Shown piece by piece: positions 8,953-17,900 of a stretch of 64,000 nucleotides of DNA; the first letter of the stretch is position 1; each line of letters opens with the position of its first letter. The stretch comes from an uncultured Thermoplasmatales archaeon (lineage in GTDB: Archaea > Thermoplasmatota > E2 > DHVEG-1). The position numbers and the translations under genes are program-made. Under the pieces are notes generated by a model. The model saw only the letters and a list, made by a program, of their open reading frames with translations. It was not told where the DNA came from and did no database searches. The stretch covers positions 21,216-85,215 of the forward strand of contig CAYMOC010000001.1 in the NCBI GenBank assembly GCA_964391965.1. The letters are read 5' to 3'.

Positions 8953-11900
8953 TTATTTTGTTCCTCCATTGTGAACAAGTAGTTCTTCTGCGTAATAAGA
9001 ATGTGTTGTGTTTACTTCAAAATTATAAGTTGGTACTTTCTCATAGATTCTTTCAATTGAAAAAATCCTTTGTTTTTCCCCTTCAATATCTTGCAAGTAG
9101 TCATCTATCTTAACCTTACCAGCAGGAGTCCATTCTTCATTTACATATATTCTATGGTTTGGCGTTATCTTAAGAATATTATTGATTATCATATAATAAT
9201 CAGTCATTTCTTCTTTGGGATGATGATGTATACTTGTTACTACGGAGGTTGTTATCTCACCAGTTTTATCATCATAAGATTTAACCATATCTCCAATTTT
9301 GACATCTTCAATGTTTTTCTTTGCGTTGCCTGCCATTGTAATTTTTGATCCTGAAAGAAGACATGTTCCATCATCTGATATATGTATCGTGAAATCTTCA
9401 TAATCATCATACCAGTCTCCTTGTTCATCTGTTACATGAACTATTATATCATAATATTCATCTTGATCGCCTGAATCAACTTTTGGCTCTACCTTGAAAC
9501 GCACAGAATTGGAATCGTATTGTTTAGCAGATATTGTAACTTGAGAATCATCTTCAATGACATCATAATAACTATCCAAATTATAGTAAGTATATTGATA
9601 TTTAACTCTGAAATACAACGAGTCTCCATCTGCATCGTATGCATCTACATTAAATAAGCTAATAGCTAATTGTTCACTCACTGTTTTCGTGTCAATGTCT
9701 GTTGTAAAATATGGCGGAGATCCATCTGAATCTGTTGTGAAATACATCCAATCAGTATTAGAAGAACCACCAGAATTATCAGCACTAGCAGTCCACTTAT
9801 AAGGAGTAGAAGGCTGAAGATTATAAAACGTATGTGAAAACGTATACGGATCATAATGATCACCGCAATTATACTGAATTGGACCGGGTTTATTATGAAC
9901 CAAAACACCATCAGCAAAATAAGTATGAGTCCCTTCAACCTCAAGATTATAAGTAACAACAGGTTCAAAAACACGATCAACAGATAAAACCTCAATAGAC
10001 TCACCAGAAACATCTAACAAACTATCACCAACAACAACACTATCAGCATCAACCCAATCACCATTAACAAACAAAGGATGATCCGGAGTAACACGAAGTC
10101 TGTTATTGATAACTAAGTAATAATCACCCATCTCAACAGCATCATGAACAAAAACATGACCAACAACACTATCAACCATACTACCAGACGACTCATCATA
10201 TGATTTTACAGAATCTCCGACTTGAATATCTTCAATGCTTTTCAATGAACCATCAGCCATACTAATCAAAGTACCTGCAACAAAACAACTCTCCTGCTCA
10301 AGAATAAGCCAACAAGTAGAAGCTTCACCGCCATCATCTAAAAGCTTACCCGTCAAATAAGCCGAACTATCAGTAACACTAGTATGAGAAACAGAGTCAA
10401 TAACTGGTTTATCGGAATCCGTAGTAAAATCCTCATCGTTACCATGGTTTGAACCAGCGTCATTGCTAGCCCATGCACGGAAATGATAAGTGGTACACTT
10501 AGATAGGCCAGTAACCTGAGTATTAAAATAACCAGTAGACGACACCGATATAGGACTAGTAGAATAACCATACGATGTAGTCAAACCATATTCAAACCAG
10601 ACATTGCAACTATTAGCACCACCCATATCAGAAAGATAACCACGTAAAAACGCAGAATTTTGAGTTACACTAGCAGCATTCTGAGTAGAAAGAGTAGGCT
10701 TATCTAAATCTGAATCTGTTGTGAAATACATCCAATCAGTATTAGAAGAACCACCAGAATTATCAGCACTAGCAGTCCACTTATAAGGAGTAGAAGGCTG
10801 AAGATTATAAAACGTATGTGAAAACGTATACGGATCATAATGATCACCGCAATTATACTGAATTGGACCGGGTTTATTATGAACCAAAACACCATCAGCA
10901 AAATAAGTATGAGTCCCTTCAACCTCAAGATTATAAGTAACAACAGGTTCAAAAACACGATCAACAGATAAAACCTCAATAGACTCACCAGAAACATCTA
11001 ACAAACTATCACCAACAACAACACTATCAGCATCAACCCAATCACCATTAACAAACAAAGGATGATCCGGAGTAACACGAAGTCTGTTATTGATAACTAA
11101 GTAATAATCACCCATCTCAACAGCATCATGAACAAAAACATGACCAACAACACTATCAACCATACTACCAGACGACTCATCATATGATTTTACAGAATCT
11201 CCGACTTGAATATCTTCAATGCTTTTCAATGAACCATCAGCCATACTAATCAAAGTACCTGCAACAAAACAACTCTCCTGCTCAAGAATAAGCCAACAAG
11301 TAGAAGCTTCACCGCCATCATCTAAAAGCTTACCCGTCAAATAAGCCGAACTATCAGTAACACTAGTATGAGAAACAGAGTCAATAACTGGCGGGTCGGC
11401 ATCGGTATTAAATGAAAAATCATTGCCATGGCTTGTACCTGCATTATTACTTGCACAAGCGCGATAATGATAAGCGGTACACTTAGTAAGACCCATTATC
11501 TGCTTATAAAAATTACCAGTGGAGTAAACCGTCACGGGATCAGTAGAACTTCCATAGTTTTCAGTTAAACCATATTCAAACCAAACTTCGCAACTATTAT
11601 CCCCACCCATACTTCCTAGATTACCACGTAAGTAAGCGGTAGTCTGTTCAATATTACCCGGGTTTAAAGTTGAAACAGTAGGAGCACTAACCAAATATAT
11701 AGTATCTAATAATGTATTATCACCATTTTCAACACTTATATCATATAAGTTACCATTGGCATAACCCGTTTTGCTAGCTTCTATGTCATATGTCCCTGCA
11801 GGAAGGTAAAGATCATAAAATCCAACAAGGTGACCGCCGGTTCCATCACTAGTATATGTTGAAAATTCTTCAGAAGTATCTTGATTTGTTGCTACAACTA

Positions 11901-14900
11901 AAACATCACCGATAGGATCCTGGGAGCCATGCTCTTTAACATAACCTCTTACTCTACCAACTGCTTTTTCAACAATAAAATAGATTTCATCATCAACATA
12001 ACCAGATTTTTCAACAGTGACTAAACAATCATTTTCATGAAACGGGTTATCATCACTTACCTCATGAGCGACAAAGTAGACACTGCCAGAGGAATCTGTA
12101 TAACCGGTATCCTCTCCAATTAAAACACCATCATCATATGACTGATAAGTAACAAAGGCATCTTCAACTGGATCTCCAGAAAAACTATCAGTTACATAAA
12201 TTTCAAAATCATCACCTTCAAATAAATCTTCACCTTGATCAACACCATCGTAAATTAATTCTATGTTAAATTCGGATAATACTGCAACATTAACTGTTGT
12301 AGAATCATTATCCTTTTTATGTAAAATGGTGTCTTTTTCTCTTACTTGTAATTTAAGTGTATATGTGCCTTCTGTATCATATATATGATCAACCGTGGGA
12401 GAGTCTAACCATCCTGTATCCCAAAATACATCTAAAGGTCCAGTGTAATCAAAATCCCATCTATATTGTAAAACATCCCCATCAGGATCTGAACTATTTG
12501 ATGCATCAAAAGTAACTGTTTCCCCAACATCTGCAGAGTAAGGTCCACCTATATCAGCATTTGGTTTTTGATTACCATATGGCCAAATTTGATCCCATGA
12601 AGCCCCGCCATCATTTGTTGCCTCAATTACAGGCTGTTCTTCTCCACTACCTATTTCTCCACCGTGATCAAAGTATGGAGGAATCCTTATGAAATCCCAA
12701 TGTATCCATTTTCCATTTGCCCAAATGTTACCGACATCAAGAATTTTAATTGCATCATTTGCACCATACCAAAATTCAAAACTAATATGTTGGATAAATG
12801 AATTAGGTGTAGTATCCATATAGAATTGTTTTATGTCGCTACTTCCACCATCTAGATCAAATGCAATAGAACAGTCACCGCTTCCTAGTGTTCTTGAACC
12901 AATCATGTGGAAATTTCCAACATCTAATGTTGTTGTTCCATCAAATCCATTATTGCTTTGGAAGTAAAACGATTTTCCAGTACCCTGGCCGTCATGCCAG
13001 ATCATATCAAAATATGATCTTAGATCTCCATTCCAATCTACTGAGCCTGCAATATCAACATTTTGTGCTGAAAAGGAAAAACCAGATACAGTACTAATAC
13101 TATCACTTGATTGTATAAGATATATTAAGTTTGAATCGCTATCAAGGCCGCCTCTAGCAATGCGTGCATTATAACCAGTTAAAGTACCTGAAATGTCAAC
13201 GACTTCTCCATTCAATGTAATCCTACAAACAGTAACGGTTATTGAACCGTCAAAATAAAAATCTTTACTCCAATCAAGACCTTCATGGAAAGTATGCCAA
13301 TCTCGATATTCTAAGCTGGAACCCGAGGACATTTCTACATTTAGATCAAGAATGGTTTGAGAGTTAAGTTGAATAGTTGATAGATACCCATCAAAACCAG
13401 CTGAGGTGGTTGCTTTTACACATTTAGCATTACCATCCATATAATCCCATTCAATAGTTATATCACTGTTTGGAGAAATTCCAAAATCAAAAGCTGAAAA
13501 AATTACATCATTATTGACTTTTAGTTGTATTATTGAGCCTTGGAAACCAGATTGAGAGTGTATAGAAAGAGTACTACCCTTTTTCCATTCAATTGTAAAA
13601 TCTCCAGCAGAAATAGATGGTATGCTAAGATAAACATGATTTCCATTTAATTCGATTTCAATATTTATCTCTAAATTCAGACCTGAATTGCTTGTAACGG
13701 TTACACTATCCAAAGTACCTTCATCGTCTTTCTCCCAATATGCACCTAGATCTCCTACTAATTGTCCATTTAATGAAAGTGAAAATGAAAATACATCTTG
13801 TATTGTTATTTCCATTATTCCAACAGATGCATCAAGATTGCTTATAAAATGGAATCCATCAATTTTGGAGTCGCTGTAACTTATTTCATCAATATCAATG
13901 GAACCACTGATACTTATCGTTCCAACATCCATGTAAAATACTTCTTCATTGTTAACATTAATTTTGATATAGCCAAGTGTAAATTGTCCTCCGCCAAAAA
14001 TGAATTTTAGGCTGTCTGGCTTAAGGTTTTTCAAAGCCCCAGTCCATTCCATTCTAATTGAGTTGTCTTCAAACTGCGCTACTCCTAAATCAACATCTAT
14101 TTTTGTATTAGTCTGTAAATCATTGAATTCAATTAAATCAACGCCAAGTACTTCTCCATCTATACCTATTTCTAAGTATTTGCTGCTTGTACTAGCTGCA
14201 AAATTTAGACTTCCTTGAAGTGTTATTTCCTGAAGAGCCGCTATATTCCAACGGTCATAAAAAGTTAATTCCAAACCAGTAATTTTTACAGTTGCTCCAC
14301 CGTTTAGATTTCCAGCTACGTAAAGGCTACCAGGCGTATATGTAAAGTATATAAAACCTTGAACACCGATATCTAGAGATGCTGTTACTATTATATCCTT
14401 AGAATTAGGTTCTACAAAACCAGTTTCAATTAAGTTAATTACACTATTTATAAATGAGCTAAGATCATATGAATCTGTAATGTTATTTATGTAGTTGCCA
14501 ATTGTATTAAGTGTATTACTACAAAATGTATCGATTTGTTCTTCAGTAAATAAAGTTAATCCTTTTGTCATGGATACATCTGCTAATACTGCTCCACTGA
14601 GGTATCCACTTACGCTATTAACTGAAAAACCTCCGTTATCATTACCGATTCCAAGTGTTGCAGATCCAGAAATTGCTCCAGAAAGTTGTAGAGTTCCACC
14701 CACATATAATGTACCAAAAGCAGGCGTACTTATTAATCCTCCTCCAGATATGTGAAGATAGCCTCCAGCATAACCGGAAACTTGTATAACTTGGTCTTCT
14801 CCTGCGATATTCAGATTTCCATATATGTATAGAGCACTAAGATATACAGAAATTTGAGGAGATTTGATAGATAAACCCACAATATGAATTCTACCAGATA

Positions 14901-17900
14901 CCCCGATAGCCCCTGAAAAACCCTCTATTTGAAATTCTTCACCAAAAACAATAGAACCTGTTGCTGATGCTTCAATTGGTAAATCAATTTCTTTACAAGA
15001 AGCAGCTAAACCTGGAGTAACAAGAGATACATCCTCAATACCAAAATCAAGTATAGCTTGTGCATCAATAGTAAGAACATTGTTTTCATTCTTATCAAAT
15101 AGGAATTCAATAAAACCAGCAGCACCAACTGACAATGAACAATAACCCAAAGAACCTGAAAAATTTGGTATAGATCCAACTAATTTTTCAATTTTAATAA
15201 TAGTAATATCTTCAGTTTCAGCATCCAATCTTAATTTAACTTTGTTTTTTGTTAAGAAAATTGTTGGATGAATATCACCATTTATTTCAATATTAGACCA
15301 GGTAACAAATATATTTTTATCAGGATAATTGAAAAGAAAATCTTTTAATGAAATATAGCCTGATAAATCAAGGTCAGCATTACCGGCACCATCTACGATT
15401 TCAAAAGAAGGTGCACCTGTCTCATTAAATTTGACTTTTACACCTAATAAACCACCATCAACATTAAAACCATAATCTAAATCTACGTTTAATAAACCTT
15501 TAATTGTCATAGAAGGGATAAGATTCCCAATTTTTTCTATATCAAAATCAAAATCTATACTTCCTTTTCCGTCACCATCAAGGTTTAAAAAGGCTAAAAC
15601 TTCTCCAGCCCAGATCTTACCCCCTCCAGAGTTGATCTGTTGCAAATTGGCTTCAAATTTACCCTCAAAAGAAAGGTTAGATATCTTTATTACATCTCTT
15701 ATGTGTAACTTAAGATTATCAACTATTATACTGGCATCGCCATCAATGGTGAAATATTTTGTTTCATCTAAAGTTTCCCAGGAGAAAACAAGGCCTTCAT
15801 TTTCACCTTGTAAGTAGAAAACACCAGATAATTCAAAAAGTAGTTCATCGCTTCCCTCTTTTTTTATGTTTAAATCTACAGAAATATAACCCTCACCGCT
15901 GATATTTATCCAACCCCACGACATATCAGGTGCAATTTCCCATGTAACATTTCTTATTGTTACATTCAACTCAAAGGTAAATTCTGTAAATCCCACAAGG
16001 TGAAGTTCCGGTTTTGCATAACTTAAATTGTTAAAGATAAAATAGAAACCAAAAAGTTCCAAATGACTTGAAAGTTCAATTTTTCCGCTTACTGATAAAC
16101 TGCCATTGTTATCATCTAAAAACGGATTGATCTCAAGATAGAAACCGCTGTTTGTAGCAGCAGTATTATCCCAAACAATCCTGTCTACATGTATCCTTGA
16201 ATCTACATTTTTTAAAGCAGGTAAAACAGAAGATAAATTAAGATTAGTTATTTCAAAATGAACATCCTTTAATACGATTTTGCTACCTGTACCGGATCTG
16301 CTTGTACTAACTGAATGATCGTTTTTATCTAAAACAAAAGAAAACTTTGAAGGAGAAGTTGAGCTTGTTATTTCAAGTGATTTCCATGAAAATTTTACTT
16401 CCATTGGATCTGGAGAATTATCATTTTTTTGTAGGAATGTTTTTTTATAATTAATATTAAGATTTGATATATTTACATATGTTGATTTTTCTTTTTCGAT
16501 TTCAAAAATTATTGAATTTTCTATAATATCTACGTTTTTAACTATCAAAGTTATGGATGCATTGTCAGAATAGTTTACACCATCATAACAACGTGCTTTG
16601 ACTATGACTCGGCCTATAGGTTTAGATGAGGAATCCCAGTTATAACTCCAACTTGTTGTACCGCTAAGATTCATCCAAGGTTCATCTGCTATTTGGATTT
16701 GAACAAGTTCAACTGGTCGACCGGATTCTCCTGGAGTTGTTGAACCGCTTATGGTGACTACACCTGAAACAGGTGGTATTACTGGATTTATTGATATAGT
16801 TGGTTTATCAATAATTTCATCATCGTCGTCATCGTCAGATCCGCCGGTTCCATTTATTTTTAGAGTTACGCTGTCTAAAGGTGAATAATATAATCCATCA
16901 TAACTACGAGCTTTTATAACATAATTTCCACCAGGATAATTTGTTGTATCCCATTCGATCATCCAATTATCCCAAGATGTACCTATCTTACTTGCTTTTT
17001 TCCAAGGGTTTTGACCGATTTTTACTTCGACATAATCTACAGAGTGTCCTTTTTGACCCGGGCTGCTTGTACCTTGAATTGTTATTGTGTTTTCAACAAC
17101 AGTTCCCTCAGTAGGAGCTGTAATATTCACATTTGGAACAGCTATCTCTGTTAAATCTAAATCAAAATCTAAACTATCAACTGTTAAACTGCATTCTTTT
17201 GAGACATATGTTTTTACTATTACTGAATCAAGTAGTTCATCCAATCCCAAGTCCCTTAATGGGAAAATTGGCATAAATGAAATAATGCCTTCTCTTGATG
17301 ATGAAGTAGTTCTTTCAAAAATTAGATTTTCTATACTAAATTCCATATCCATCATACTATGGCCTGGTATCATGTTTCCAGAATCCATGATATACACAGG
17401 TGCATCGTCTAACTCAATGTCAAGATTATGTAGAGTGAAACCTCCTCCGTTTTTAATCTCAAAGCCTAAACCAAGATCTATATCATCGACTATTATACCA
17501 TTTACAAAACCATTTAAGTCTAGGACAAAAGGTTCATTTGAGCTCTCTATATGGCCATTTCCTGAAGCATATAGAAAATCTGATTCGAAATTAAAATACG
17601 CTTCTAACTCTATAGGGTCTTTATTATCTATTTCAAATCTTCCTTTTAATAAATTAAAATATATAGTTATATCTAGATTACTTTGTGATTTTATTTGTAA
17701 TTCAAAAGAACTTTCGCTATCTAAAATACTAATTTCTGATCCGAAGGCGTTCAAAGAAAGGCCTTCTGTGTCTGAATAAAAACTGATTTCTGTTTCTCTT
17801 AACAATCCTATTCTGAACTGAAAATCTATACGGTTTGTTGAAGGAAGATCTGATAAATAAACTCCTATTTTTGGTTTAAACAAATCGTCATATAAACCAA

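Larger units (their letters stand above)
9724..11691. repeat. Intragenic tandem direct repeat of two 984-bp (328-aa) units. Each unit is an intact FN3-like domain followed by an FN3-like domain split by a Hint insertion. The ~684-bp cores at 9724-10407 and 10708-11391 are identical.
   Basis: The out-of-frame ORFs at 9678-10013 and 10704-10997 have identical translations. Long verbatim DNA strings recur at a 984-bp offset. Counting residues in the protein gives a 328-aa period. Confidence 0.85.

Noticed and set aside
9892-11271. Canonical self-splicing inteins
   Set aside because: The residue after the C-terminal HN is Lys, or Gly for the terminal copy, rather than Cys/Ser/Thr. There is no homing-endonuclease domain. 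The host is a non-essential surface protein rather than a conserved enzyme active site. The domains fit BIL/Hint modules better.
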